This document shows, in pieces, positions 1-47,415 of a stretch of DNA of 64,000 nucleotides (its first letter is position 1; the number at the start of each line of letters is the position of its first letter). Source of the DNA: Chrysomallon squamiferum (taxonomy: Eukaryota > Animalia > Mollusca); assembly GCA_012295275.1 (NCBI GenBank), contig CM022677.1:10602001-10666000 (forward strand). The letters are read 5' to 3'. Under the pieces are notes generated by a model. That model made no database searches and was not told the DNA's origin. It saw nothing but the letters and a program-made list of their open reading frames with translations. Made by a program: the position numbers and the translations under genes.

Positions 1-4907
<4,907 letters not shown>

Positions 4908-7714
4908 TTTACTGTAAAATGCATTTTGGATATTGTGAGGAAGAGGATTGTAGACTGATTAACAATAAGATTGAGTGACAGGGTAGGAATGGCATTTGTC
5001 TATTTATATTCTTTTTTTGTTCTTTTTCTTTTTTTTATTTAGGGTTTTTTGTTTTATTATTATTATTAATATTGTTATTTTATTTTTTATTTTTTATTGT
5101 TATTATTTTTATTATTATTAAAAAAAAATTATTACTTTTTTATTGTTATTATTATTATTATTAAGTTTTTATTTATTTTAACTCTAAGACAAACATACAT
5201 ACATCAAAATGGGGTTTTAAGAGACTGTTCCTCTGCTTGACAGATTTGAGTTGATTCCAGAATATCCTAGGTCAGGCCTTATATATTTCCCTTCAAACAA
5301 AAAATAAATAATAACGTATACCATTTGGAGTGCTTGGTAAAAAGTGCCTTTAATTTTTTGAAACTATTAAATCTATATTCTTTTCTTCTTTTTTCAAATA
5401 TACGTGTGGCTTTTTGGTGATGTTTTTCTATGAATTTTATGTTGGACCTGCATTTAGTTACACTGAGAATTGTTTTTGAGGATGCATTACTTTTTGAAAA
5501 GATCTTTTTTTTTAATCTTTTTTTTCAAATATTAGCCAGCATTATTTAAAGTATCTTCTTATTATTATTATTTAATAATAATCAATTTTTGATAAGACAC
5601 ATTTCGGAATATATTTAAACAAACAATAGTGGGTTTACCTCTAATAAAATTTTAATATTTTTTCAAGAATTATATTGAATAAAATTTCACAAGGGTAAAA
5701 TAAATCTTTAAAGTTTGATTATAAAATTTGATTTTGCTGATACTTTTAAATAAATGATAAAAAGAAAAAAGCTTTTTCTTGGATATATGAGTATGCATGA
5801 ATGTTGACTGACTGTTTTTTTTGTTATGATTAACTGAATTTTACATGAGAAAATGTATTATCTATTGGACTATTTTCACCAACAGATAACTGTTTTTACA
5901 TTTTCATCATTACATTATTATCCTCAGATGATATTATTTCATGACATAATATTGAAATGTTTTGTTTGTTTCAGGTTAGACTAAGTCATGTTTTTCTTTG
6001 TAATTCTTGATTTTGAAAGGATTATGTTGTTTGCAAAGCTTGAATATTGTGATCAGTTCAGCTGTCATTTTTTGAAAATCACAAATCAATTGATAACTGT
6101 TAAAAGAAATAATGACAAAACAAATTTTGTTTTTTAAAGCAGAGCCATAATCTGTCTATCAATCTATCTAAATCTACACACATAGATACAGAGATAGATA
6201 GCTATAAAATGCTGCAATTAATATAAGATTAATGGTATTATTTGTTTGTTGCATTAATTTTTATTTGCATTTAGTACTATAATAATATTTTGTATGCATG
6301 TTTACGATAAAATAAATAACAAATTATACACATTTGTAGAAATATATATTAAGCATACTGTTTCATGTAATCATATTATCATTTATTAGTGATATAAATA
6401 CTAACAAATTATTTTTGTTCTTGTTTTCTTTCATTTATTATTAAGAATTTTATTTTGTTTTTTTACTGTGATTGCTGTGTGGCTGTTTGCTGCCCTGGAT
6501 TATTCTCCTCATGTAGCAAATGCGTTATTACTCACTTGTATATAATTAATTAATAAATAACTTGGTTTTCAGTACAAAAATTTATAAACTGTTCATTTTA
6601 TCAATACAGAAATATTTGTTCATACATAAGTTGCAGGGAATCATGCCTTGAAGATCATCTTATTTCTTTAATGACATTTCAGCATTTATGTATCATATGT
6701 TCCTAACCATCATTGTATAATGAGAAAACTTATAAAAACAGCTACTAACATCAAAAGCTATGAAGGCAGGGTTTAAGATTAAAATTTATTTCAATTGACC
6801 TGGTTTATAAAACATTTTTTATTTTCAGCAGCATACAGATGTATTTACCACCTCCATAATCTACTATACATAAAGATGGCAGTAAATCTAATATAAACAG
6901 TTTTAAACTCTCAAGTTGACAGTTATTTTATACTTGACGTATTTGTGCAGGGAAATGAGTGGACATTGAAGTATCTGCAGTTATTTGTTACCTTTTGTCC
7001 TCATCTAATATATATTATTATAACAGGCTTACTAGGGACAAGGTACATGATGTACTAAACAAATAACATGAAAGTATCACATACCAACAGTAAGTGCTGA
7101 TTTTAAACCTGTGTCAACAAATTTTAAAATTCTCCACATTATATGGACTGTTTGCAGCACTACATTTGAAAAGTGAGAATAATAGATAGTCCTATATTTT
7201 TTTGGTTATAAAGTATGATATTCAGCTTAAGATGACATCACAATTAAATTGTACTGAAAAGAATAGGGAAAACAAATCCTATTGTTTTTGTTACATATTT
7301 TTTTATTACATTATATTATTCTTATACATTTTGTTATCAGTGAAAATGAGAATCCGTACAAAATCATAAAGCTATAAAAGAAAAACATTTGAGAATATAC
7401 ATAATAATAGTAATAATAAAGGATAGAAATAAACATTAAACATAGAAATCTGTAAGAAAAGTTATACTGTACCACAAAATACCTTCATTATTCCAAAACC
7501 AAACAGAATATAAATTTGTTTTTGTAGAAATAGTAAATAATAATAAAAATTAATTCTGCAAAAATGAAAAAAAAAATAATAATAATAATAAAAATAAATG
7601 AAGCACATCATTCTAAGATGTTTTATATAAACTGCATTAAAAAATTCATTCATTTAATGATATATATATATAATCTGCTTCATTTAGTGTTTCTTTTCTC
7701 TTTCTGTATATATA

Positions 7715-7753
<39 letters not shown>

Positions 7754-8817
7754 GGGTTAAATAAAAATAATAAATGATGATCAGATTTGTAATATTTCTG
7801 TTACGGTAATAGTTGGGTGTACGGTATTAGTCAAATGATAAAGAAAATATAAACTGATTTCAAATCAAATTTACAAATAAAAAAATATGGATTATTTATA
7901 ATACATATTTAAATCTAAAAAATACCAGTACAGTAATATAAATATTTAAAAGCAGATCTGCAAATGAAATTATATTTATTAGATAAATTATAAATTAGAT
8001 AATAGAATTAATGCGGTGTATTTTGAATCATAATATTCTAAGTTTAAACTAATGTTGATAAGAATATAAATAATTTTACATAAAAATATAAATTAGAAAT
8101 ATTTATATTCATGACTTTGCAATAAAATTAATTATATTGTTATCATATTGTAACAAATTTAACTCTTTTATTTAAAATTATTTATAATGCTGGTCATCCA
8201 TTAGATATTTTTCATCATATGACAATATTTTCTGTCCTGTATAAAACATTTTAGAAATTCAAGATTATAAAATGTTATCAAAATAATACAACTGGATCAA
8301 ATTTCAAAAGCAAATGAATAGTTTTACGTATAAAAATTTTCATGATGTTTAACAGTTAGTGTATCAAAAGTCTTTACTTAAAACTAAATGATAAAAAATA
8401 AAATAAAAACTCCAGATCATTGCTTATGTAAATATCTTCAAAAACTGTAACAGATTTTTACTTTTTTAATTCTTTGGTTGCCCATATAAAAAGTACAAGT
8501 AGTAGCAGAATAAATAGAAACAGGATCCTTAATGTAAATTGTTAAATTATTTTTCTTAACTAAATACAATATCAGCATAAAATGATACAAATGAAAGTTA
8601 TATTTTTTTTCAAATGACTACATAATTAGAGAATAATATAAATAACTATATGATCACAGTATAGGTTTAATGTGGTTAACAATGGCAAAATTTCACCAGT
8701 TTGTTTAGTGTTAGTTATTAAAAATAACACGTATCTGAATTGAGCACTGGATGTGTTGCTATGGTCTGCATACCTGCTTATACACACTGTAAATTCACTG
8801 ATCACAGGTAAGCTTGC

Positions 8818-10199
8818 TCATGTGAATTGTTTGGATCTATAACTGAATAAGAGGCCATCAGTCTGCAGCTGTGGTTTAGATGCTTCAAATAAAACTGCAC
8901 GCTCTGCAATATCTTCATTAGATTTCACATCTCCATCAGCAGTAACAGTCAGCTCAGTTCCTTTGGTGCTTAACTCCTGCAAGAGACTCGGAAATTTTAT
9001 TTTTTAATGCTTCAAAGCCATGGTTTCTGTACCAAATTGTGACAAGAAAGAAACAACAAATATAATCATAAAAAATTTAAGTCATATAAAGAGGTTAGAG
9101 TTAATTATTTAAATACAAATATATGTATAAATATTTAGTAAAATCTATGAACTGATGCTTAAAAGTCCATTTACTGTCATTATTTGAAGTGGCTTATAAA
9201 ACATATTATGTATGAGTTGGACTTGTAAAAGGTGTTTAAAAAATGATGATTTATGAGTTATATATATGTATAGTTTGTACTGTACAATAAAATATAGTAA
9301 CTGATAATGTATAAGAAGATCTCTTTTATCACAATGAATTTCTTATAGGTTTTAAAGGAATTACTATAAAATGATGTATGAGTGTATGTGTTTGTGTATC
9401 TGTGTGTTTCTGTGGCTGCTTTGAAACAAACCAGCAACTCAGTCATTAGAACCATATATGTAATTCATAATTTATAAAAATAATAATAACCAACACTATT
9501 CTGAAGTATTTTAGTTTGGACGAAATAATATCATAAAATGGCTACATTCAACTGGAACATATATATATATATGTATATATATTTATGTATGTATGTATGT
9601 GTGAGTGTGTGTGTGTATTAACACACACACACACACACACATGTAATAAATTATGAATACACATTAAAATATAACATTACCTTGGGGTCCACAAATTCTT
9701 GGTTACATCTGAGTATTCGGCTTACTTTGTCTGGCAGACAGCAAAACAGCCGATCAAAGAATGGAACCAGATATCTTGTTTCTACATCACCAACCTTCAT
9801 TGGTCCTAGTTAGTAACATAACATTAATAACTTAATTTGAAAATACTTAATATCTTATGTCTACGTCACCAACCTTCATACATTTAATTTTTTTAAATAT
9901 TTAATATTGAGAAAACCCCAGTTACAGTAATATGAATGTATATGTGTGTGGGTGTTCATATATATGTGCAACTGTTTGTGTAAGAAATAGATATTCAGTG
10001 TTTGACGACATTGTTGTGTGTGCGTGTGCTTGAAATAGCAGTAGAAGTAATAGTAGTAGTAGAGTAAGTAGCAGTTGAAGTATTGATAGAAACAGGGTTC
10101 TTCGTGTTTTAATGTTGCAGAGTTGCAGTATAACATTAACTGTCTAGCAGTGTATTTACAGTGATGTAATAGTAGTGATAACAGTTCAATAATAATAAC

Positions 10200-10251
<52 letters not shown>

Positions 10252-11045
10252 GGTTTTAAATTACCTGTAGCAAAGCTAACTAACAACCCAACAACGACAA
10301 CAGTAGCAGCTCCGATACTTGGCAGCCAGAGATAAGACACAGTGTAGAGTAGACTGATTCCAGAACTGAATGACAAAACTACGTTAATTTAATAACATTT
10401 ATTTAGAACATTGCTTAGAATTTTAATTTAATAACATTCATTTAGAATTGCTTAGAATGTTAATTTAATAACATTCATTTAGAACATTGCTTAGAATGTT
10501 AATTTAATAACATTCATTTAGAACATTACTTAGAATGTTAATTTAATAATATTCATTTAGAACATTTAGAATTGTTTTGTGTGAACATGTGTGTTTATTG
10601 TTGAGTGTGTGTATATCTTTGTGTGCATGTGTATATGTGAATATAAAATAGCAGCTTCTTTCAGCTTAAAAAAGTGAAAAGAAATCTGAATTAGTAGCAA
10701 TCAATATATATTTTTAACATAATACTCTACGTATAATATGGATCAACATATAAAGTTAATCAGACAAATTAATTTCTTACATTTCCGGAGAAGCTGCTTC
10801 TGTTGTTATGTTTGTAGCCAAAGTTGTTGTCATGTTTGCATCCAGTGTTGTCATGGTGATGTTAGGGGACGTGCAATTGTCTGTGGGGAACAGCATGGAT
10901 GATGGGGGTCCCACTACAGTGTAGCTGCCAATCACAATCCACATAGGGAAGATGAGTCCAAAGACACCCCCTATACAGGCTCCCTGAATTTCACAAAAAA
11001 TGCTTCTTTTTTGTTTTTAATATTGTTTATTTGCTTTTTCTTTTT

Positions 11046-11130
<85 letters not shown>

Positions 11131-11346
11131 ATGTATATATATATATATGTGTGTCTTTCTTTCTATATGTCTCTCTTTCTCACACTTTTCTCTTTGTTAA
11201 AACGCTCCTCGTACAAGTTAATGCTCGGCACTCGGCCACTTTCCTATTTGTCTCCAGATTTGACATTTAGTGCTTTATAACTATTTATAGCCGTAAATAA
11301 AATGTTGAGTGCATCTATAAATAAAATACTTGCAGCCTTGCTAACG

Positions 11347-11382
<36 letters not shown>

Positions 11383-11574
11383 CAGAAATGCATGCAGCTG
11401 CATTTCCATGTTAATGTTTCTTGTTCTGTTTAGTTTCAAACATGAACGCACAAACATACAGATACGCACTAACACACGCACACATACACTCACACAGACA
11501 GATTCTGCAAATAATATATTTATTAAATAATAGTAATAATTGTACAGTGGTAATGGTAGATATAGAAATGGTAG

Positions 11575-11610
<36 letters not shown>

Positions 11611-11745
11611 GTAATAATAATAATAACAATAATAATACTTAGTTGTACTTACTATCCAGTTCGCCCATGGGAAAAAAGCACCAAGTGCAAAAATGCCAAG
11701 AATAGGACCCGAAGCAGCTCCAGTAAAACTTAGAGATGCCTGTAA

Positions 11746-11838
<93 letters not shown>

Positions 11839-14498
11839 AGAAACAAAAAAAAATAATGTGATGTTTATATATATTTGTATGTACATAATTTAGAAAAATA
11901 ATCATAATTTTTCGATTTCCATTATAATGTATTCTACGTATACGAGTATTTATACCTCTTGGAGCATGCGTGCCTGTGTGTCTAAATGTCCATGTGTTTA
12001 TTTGGGTGTGTTGTACGGCTAAATGTGTTCGTGTGTGTGTGTGTGTGTGTGTGTGTTATAACTTAAAATAAGACCTGCAAAACGGTTCCTCCTAGGTTCA
12101 TTGCAACAAATGACATTCCAATACCAGCTCCACCATACAGTAAAACTACAACGTAAAATTTAGTTTAAAAACAACAGTAGTTTATCATTACAGAATAGTT
12201 AAAATATAGTCTTTAGAAATTCTAAAAATAACAGAGATAATCTGCTCATCATTTCACAGTTTCCAACAGTTACTCTATTTAGATATTTATTTATCTTTCT
12301 ACCTATATACATATCTGTCTATTAATCAGTCTGTCTAATTAATAGATAGATATATAGATAGGTAGAAAGATAAATAAATAGGTATGTAGAGAGACACATA
12401 CATATATACAAATATAAAGAGATAGGTTGGTAGATAGGTACGTAGATAAATAGAAAAATAAGTAGATAGACATATAGGTAGATAGAGACGGACAGATAGA
12501 TAGATAATTTTAATAATGGGTCATAAATAAGCTTTAGCACTATGATGAACTCGGGAGAAACTATACAATTGTCGCTTCTCATATCTTTGAAATAAACAGT
12601 TATACAAAAATATAAAAAGAAATATATAAAAAAATAAAAGACTAAAAAAAAAAGAAAAAAAAAAGAAAAAGAAATTAAATAAATAAAATAAAATAAAATA
12701 AACAATTAAAAGGGAAGACCTAGAAATTTTGTTAGTAGAGTTTTGTGACTTTCAGAAAGTCTATCATCTAAAGATGGTTTCAGAAAGTCTTCCCACGTGA
12801 CCGCTGCCAGCGCGTTCAGGCATGACGACATGGTGCTGTAGAGATAAGTAATTAACATAATTAATTAATTTATTTATTAAAATAATTATCTCATAAATAA
12901 ATATATATTGGTGATAAAGAGAAATTATTTTTTGAAGAATTTATCGAACGTTTTAGGTATGAAAATTAATTACTGAGAAGGAAGAAAAGTTAATAGAAAT
13001 ATTATTAATATTATGCTCAAAGCTCTGACGTTATATTTATAAACAAATAAAATAACAGTACGGTCTGAATAACTTAATGATTATTTTATTTTATTTCAGT
13101 TTCTGTTTTATATATACCTCAGAGCTCCACTGAAAAGACAGGATATGAAGAGACCGGGCAAGCCAGTAAAATCAAGTATTTCCATCACAAAGTACGGCAT
13201 TAGCTATAACAATAATAACAAATATCAGTTGTGTCTGCTTATACCAGCACGTTATTATATAACAAAAAAAACATTATTATTAATATCGATACCTTTAATT
13301 ATAACAAAAAGAACAACAATAATAACAAAAAAAGGGGTAATACGACCTTCATAACAATAATATTAAAAGTAACGACAACAACAACGGCTGCAATGATAAT
13401 AACAGGATTGGGAAAAATAATAAAAACAACGCCTATGATACGTCGCGACATTAATAAAAAAAAAATAATAATAATAGTACAATAATAATAAGAAGAAGAA
13501 TAAGAGTATTGAAATAACAATAATAATAACAGTAATAATAACAATAATAGTAATAACAATAATAATAATAATAATAATAATAATGACAACAGTGAGGAGA
13601 AGAAGAGTACCTGATTGGAGTTACTAATGTATCCTGCACTAAGTGGATCGCATCCCTTTGCTGCGTAATAGGCGAACATGATAATACCAGACAGACAGAC
13701 AACGAGAACTAACAACACAACACCGATTATATTCAGCATCACAGATCTGCAGAACAACACAACAATATAAATACACACACACACACACAGAGACACACAC
13801 ACAACACACACACAGACACACATGCACACACAAGCGTATCCATACTCAACATTACATTGTTAGCCGTTCACATTATTTTCCAATTACAACACGTAATCAA
13901 AATATTCATTTAATTTAACGTTAAATCTAATTGGTTGTTTTGTTTGGTGTTGTTTTATATATTTTGGTTATTGGAACATTAGCTTTTGCTGATACTCAGA
14001 TAAGCAGACTCCATATTTGTTTTTACTTCTGTTAAGGTATCACTGTTTACCTGTCTGACTATTTGTCTCTCTGCCGGTCTGTCTGAGTTTGTATCTGTCT
14101 AACCGCGTTTGTATCTGTGATCTGCATACACAGTCAAATTAATACATCTTTATCCATATAGAGTCCCACCAGAGAATTCAATAATAAGAAGCTCTTTCTA
14201 TTAAAGCATTTTTGTTGTATGCAAATTATTATATATACGTAGATCTTTAAGTGTTACATTATATACAAGTGTCTAAAACAAAACAAACAAAAAAGGATCT
14301 TTTAAGTTCATCCAGGATAAATATTTACATTTTGGCTTTCTTCAGAGTTGGCAAAGAGCAATATCTCTGGACACTGGCCTGGTTTACGCCATATGTTGCC
14401 GTCCACCCAACAGCGCCACCTACAATGAGTGACCAGAATGAATGTCGCTGAGTCGGATCCACGCTGAAGCTGTAAATAACAATAATAATAATAATAAC

Positions 14499-14533
<35 letters not shown>

Positions 14534-15508
14534 CAACAACAACAACAATTACAACAATAATAATAATAATAATAATATAATAGTAATAACAACAACAACA
14601 ACAATTACAACTACAACAGTAACAACAATAATAATAATATAATAGTAATAATAATAACAGTAACAACAACAATAACAATAATAATAATAATAATAATAAT
14701 GATGATGATTAAAAACGATGATATGATGATGACTAATAAAATAAAACAGAAGCAGTAGTTGTAGTGGTAGATGTAGTAGTTTTATTTGTAATGTTAACAG
14801 TTGTTATAGTTGTGTAGTAGAGTAGTAACAGTAGTTGTAGTAAAATTAGTGAAAACATTCATAACAAGCTATTAATAGTATTAATTGCAGTAGTTTGTAG
14901 TAGCAGTTGCAATGGTTATGTAATAGTAATCAACGTTGAAATTAACAAAAATGTTCATAGCTGTAGCACTAGTTGTTGTTGTAGCAATTGCGGTGATTAC
15001 TGTAATACCGTTAACATTAACAAAAATGTTGATAATAAACAGTAGCAGTAGTAGTAGTAGCAGCAACAGCAGTAGTTGTTGTCTTTGTAGTATTTGTAGT
15101 AGTAATTATTAATCATAGTTAAAATTAACAAAAATGTTCATAGCAAGCAGTAGCAGTAGTAATACTGGAAGTATAGTAACAGTATTGAAGTAGTAGTAGT
15201 AGTGGTAGCAGTAGCTAAATATTCACAGTAAGCGGAGAGGTGCAGTTACTCACTTCCAGAAGTGAATACGTTTCCATTCATCATTAATTCTCCACACTTC
15301 ATTCATCCCACCAACCATCATGGAACCCTAGAAAGACAAATGTAAATCTGCTTTAATAATAATAATAGTAATAACAACAACAATAATAATAATAATAATA
15401 CTACTACTACTACTAATAATAATAATAATAATAGTATTAGTAGTAAGTAATAATAATAATTATATATGTTTTAATTATATTCAGCCGTGTGTGTTCGTAC
15501 TTATATGT

Positions 15509-15557
<49 letters not shown>

Positions 15558-16587
15558 GAACCTGGATCAAAATTGCCAATAAACCAGCCACCATAACAAG
15601 CGACTGAAATACATCTGTCCAAACAACAGCCTTCATTCCACCCTGAAATAACAATAACAATAATAATAATAATAATAATAATAATAATTATAATTATAAT
15701 AATAACAAAAACAAATTAAATAATAATAACTATACACTCGATCTTTAATTTAATGGACTAAAAAGTTGCCCAGAAAACCAATAATCCTGTTTTTCAAAAT
15801 GGTGTTATAAAGAACTGACAAATATGTATATGGAACGACATTTACTTTAGATTCGCATGGCCAATATGGGTTCATTTCAGCACATCCGCATATATATATC
15901 CCAAACTGGTTCCGGATTTGTTTTTATGCACTGGTTAGAGAAAAAGAGTATTAAAAAACAACGAAATCAAATCTATACTTACGAGCGCTGTATAAAACGT
16001 TGACACTAAACCAACGGTTATAATAGTAGCCCACACAGGAAAACCAGTCACTGAAATAAAGAAAAAATCTTTGTCATTTTATAAATATATTAGTATTATT
16101 ATTACTATTGTTTTTCTTATTGCCGCTGTAGAAGTAGTAGAGTAAATAATATTTTTATTAAATAAGAAATAAAGGTTACATTAAAACAATACTACAGCAT
16201 ATGTCAGTCCTACACCAATATTATATTTTAGTAGTAGTAGTAGCAGTAATAATAATAGTAGTAGTAGTAGTAGTAGTAGTAAAAGTAGTAATAAGTAGTA
16301 GTAGTAGCAGTAGCAGTAGTGGTAAAAGTGCGGTTAAATTTGTTGTAACAATATAGTAGAAGTAGCAGTAATAATAGTAGTAGTAGTAGTAGTAGTAATA
16401 ACAGTAGTAGTAGTAGTAGTAGCAATAATAACAGTAGTAGTAGTAGTAGTAATAACAGTAGTAGCAGTAAAAATAGTAGTAGTAATAGTAGCGGTACTAA
16501 GTAGTAGTAGCAGTAGCAGTAGTAGTAGTGGTAAACGTGTGGTGAAATTTTCTGTATAACACAATTTTTAAAATAACCGAATTTAAG

Positions 16588-16618
<31 letters not shown>

Positions 16619-16694
16619 GTTATTTATTTATTTACTTACTTATTTAATTCATTTAATCATTATATATTTTTGAACCTTAGTTTACAATAATGAC

Positions 16695-16783
<89 letters not shown>

Positions 16784-17593
16784 TCTAATTTTTAGCAAAA
16801 ACAAATTATTAATATGCACTTTCCTTGCTTAATCATTTTACCACTGCTAGTGGTAACCAGTCCCGAAACGTATTGTAGAATTCTGAATGATAACGCTAAA
16901 GTCAATGTGCCCTTCACCTTGCCTATCAAATTTGTTTTTTTCGTTTTAATCTCTGACGTAAAATGTGATGTAACTCTACTTGCCTGCTTCTAGCGCCGTC
17001 GATGGAGAGAATGTAGCTATCCCCATATACACAATCTGTAAATAGAGACAAAAGTAACTCAGTGGCTACGTTTGTTTTGTTACAGGCTAGGTTACAATGA
17101 TGATGATGATGATGATAATAATAAACAACAACAACAATAATTAAAAAATAATAATAATATGCAACAGCAATAACAATAATAATAATAATAATGACAATAT
17201 TAATAATAACAATAATAATAACAGCAATAACATCAACAACAATAACAGTAACGATAACGACAACAATAACAGCACTAACAATAATAATAACAATAATAAT
17301 TTAAAAAATCTATTAATGATGATGATGATAAAACTAATGCAGTAAATATTAATGTAGAAGCATGATAATGTTAACAATGATACACTATAAAGTATTTACT
17401 GTTTTACTGTTTTTAATGATTATAATGTCATTAATGGTGATGATGATAATTTTTATTATTATGACGGTGATAAACGATCCTGATTCTGATAACAATGATG
17501 ATGATGATGGTGATATTCAGTTACCTGTTGTATTATCATTAAACTTGTTCCTATGAGTTTTGCTGATCGAGATTGGAACCGTTTTTCTAAATA
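8818..17593 (-). CDS. Sodium:solute symporter, SLC5A6/SLC5A8/SLC5A12-like, 5' end lost at the gap. Exons 5'->3': 17593-17525, 17035-16984, 16050-15983, 15642-15562, 15327-15254, 14469-14329, 13746-13611, 13203-13118, 12835-12720, 12145-12075, 11739-11653, 10983-10781, 10365-10265, 9805-9681, plus a tentative last exon 8976-8818
   Basis: Phase-consistent exons give [116 protein letters not shown], which are hallmark SSS-family motifs. The last exon boundary is less certain. Confidence 0.92.
10384..10570. repeat. ~39-bp intronic minisatellite, about 5 copies, next to an SLC5 splice acceptor
   Basis: Unit aatttaataacattcatttagaacattgcttagaatgtt repeated in tandem. Confidence 0.85.
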
Positions 17594-17820
17594 CTTGACA
17601 GAAAGAAAAACAAAATACAGCATCATGTTAAAAAATAAAAGACAGAGAGAAAGAAGGAAATAGAGAGTGAAAGAGAAAAACAAGACCGAAACTGAAGAAA
17701 GCAACAACGATAAACAAACAAAAAACGAAACAATAAAATACACATTAATAATAATAATAGTAGTAGTAACAATAATAATAATACGAAGAAGAAACAACCG
17801 TAATAATAGTGATATTTATT

Positions 17821-18020
17821 NNNNNNNNNNNNNNNNNNNNNNNNNNNNNNNNNNNNNNNNNNNNNNNNNNNNNNNNNNNNNNNNNNNNNNNNNNNNNNNN
17901 NNNNNNNNNNNNNNNNNNNNNNNNNNNNNNNNNNNNNNNNNNNNNNNNNNNNNNNNNNNNNNNNNNNNNNNNNNNNNNNNNNNNNNNNNNNNNNNNNNNN
18001 NNNNNNNNNNNNNNNNNNNN
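17821..18020. other. Assembly gap (200 N)
   Basis: Run of 200 n. The round size suggests a placeholder of unknown true length. Confidence 1.
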
Positions 18021-28368
<10,348 letters not shown>

Positions 28369-28403
28369 TTTCACGTCGTCTGGTTATTAATCTGACATTT
28401 TCA

Positions 28404-28411
28404 ACTTCCGG
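28404..28411 (-). promoter_or_regulatory. Candidate ETS/GABP site (CCGGAAGT) in the FECH proximal promoter or 5' leader
   Basis: Exact consensus ~36 nt upstream of the ATG. GABP/NRF-2 sites are typical of nuclear-encoded mitochondrial genes. Motif match only. Confidence 0.45.
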
Positions 28412-28480
28412 TCTCACATACCACATTATTATTCTGAAAACGAGAAAGGACTGTTAGTTAATAACAGCATGTGCTACATC

Positions 28481-28555
<75 letters not shown>

Positions 28556-28594
28556 CGTACGCGTGCACAAGTGTTAATGTTGTTAACGTTTTAT

Positions 28595-28680
28595 TTTATC
28601 AGTTTATGATATATCTCATTAAGGCCTCATAAGTAGGTTAAAATATGAGGCCTTAGTGAGATAAATTACAAACTGATAAA
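28595..28680. repeat. Inverted repeat (37-bp stem, 12-nt loop) upstream of FECH
   Basis: tttatcagtttatgatatatctcattaaggcctcata pairs with tatgaggccttagtgagataaattacaaactgataaa, with 2 mismatches and 2 G.T pairs. Confidence 0.9.
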
Positions 28681-29177
28681 GGTTATTACTTTCCCCCATT
28701 ATATCACTAAGCTACATTCATAATGATCACATGAGCCACGGAACGGCAACAGCTGCTACCGTCTTTAATATTATTATCATATATACATTAATAATCCGAT
28801 AAATAACTGATTGATATACGCACATAATAACACACCACACTACACATACGCACACATACACACACGCATACACACTCCCATTCACAGACGCTTATACAAT
28901 ATTTTCTCTCTCATAAACACACATTTATGCATTAGTCTGCAGAATCTTCTGGAAACTTTTAAGGATCAGTCTTTCTTTCTATCTATCTTTATTTATTTAT
29001 TTATTCTTATCTGTGACATATTTTAGTACACAATTCAAAATCTTGCAAAGACTGTTTTATTTATAACATAAATCCAAATACTATTAATATAGTTTTCAAA
29101 ATTCTATTCCAGATTTCAAAAACAATTTGGTCTTACCGAAATTTGCTACAAAAGAAAATACAATTTAATAAAGATTT

Positions 29178-29220
<43 letters not shown>

Positions 29221-29285
29221 AAAAAAAAAGAATTTCTTTCAAATAATAATAATAATAACGTAGTAAATAGAAATAAATAAAAAAA

Positions 29286-29365
<80 letters not shown>

Positions 29366-30235
29366 TTGTGGTTTTGCTATGCTTTGTTTTGTTTGTAATT
29401 TGATCTTAGTGTCTCGCTTTCTCAGCTTTGTGTGTGTGTGTGTGTGTGTATGTATCTGAAATAACATTTTCTTCTTCTTCTTCTTAGCGGTAGTAGTAAT
29501 AGTAGTAGTAGTAGTAGTATATTATATATATATATTATATATTTGTTAGTAAAATTATACTTTGTCTAAAATAAACTCAACCTTTATTATAATGTTCACA
29601 ACCGCCGAGAGTCCTTATTTTTTAATTCGCCTTTACTCATCATCTTCACATCGAAATAGCAGAGATACATTTCATGACAGAGAAAGCTGTTAGTGATACA
29701 GGTTTCGAAAATCAGATTAAAACAGATATTAGTCAGTTGACATTTTGGCGCTGAGATAAGCAATAAAACAATGTCACACAAGTACACAACAGTCATAACA
29801 TTTTTATAATCTTATCAGACCTGATCTTATGGTCACATCTGTACTGCGTAGATCTGAAATGTTTTCATTGGTTTAAAATGTTACTCATTAATGTTATATA
29901 TATATTTTTGATGTGCATTAATTCCACACGTATGAGTATCGACTTGTAACATTTTTCGTGGCAACCTTTTTTGTTTTCTCTGTTTTTATTGGGTTTTCTT
30001 TGTTTTTCTTTTTTTGTTGCTTTTCGTTTCGTTTTTTTTTCTATCTTGTACTCGAGCGCCATCAGATGAATTAAATGGTAGCACAGCAAAAGATAAAAAA
30101 TACAAAAATAAAAAACTTGTCTGAAGATGCTGAGGATGTTACGTGGATGTGGAATGTTTTGATTGGTTTAAACTGTTACTCAAGTAAAGTTAATAAATTT
30201 CTTGTTATTTACCGTCTTATGTACAGTCGCAGAAA

Positions 30236-47038
<16,803 letters not shown>

Positions 47039-47198
47039 GTATCGAGTCTTTAATTTTTATTCACTAAGTAGAATGACAGCAACACTGAGTTTAATGACAC
47101 AAATACATCATTACTACTACTACTACTGCTACTGGAGCTATTACAATACCACTGCAACAGCAACAGCTGCTAACAATTTTTTCTGAGGAGAAATACAA

Positions 47199-47249
<51 letters not shown>

Positions 47250-47302
47250 TATTATTATTATTTCATAGTTTACCCTTTTTTTTTTTCTTGTGACAGTAAT
47301 GA

Positions 47303-47366
47303 ATGCTTAGAAATTAAAAAGTTGTATTTGTATTTTTAAAATTACTTTTTGTTTACTGCTATTTTG

Positions 47367-47415
<49 letters not shown>

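Noticed and set aside
7462-17797. Many poly-L, poly-Y, poly-I, poly-N, SL and RE ORFs here and throughout the window
   Set aside because: Translations of microsatellites; only the embedded exon segments are coding.
28369-28440. Iron-responsive element in the FECH 5' leader
   Set aside because: No CAGUGN-loop hairpin with a bulged C is visible on the coding strand.
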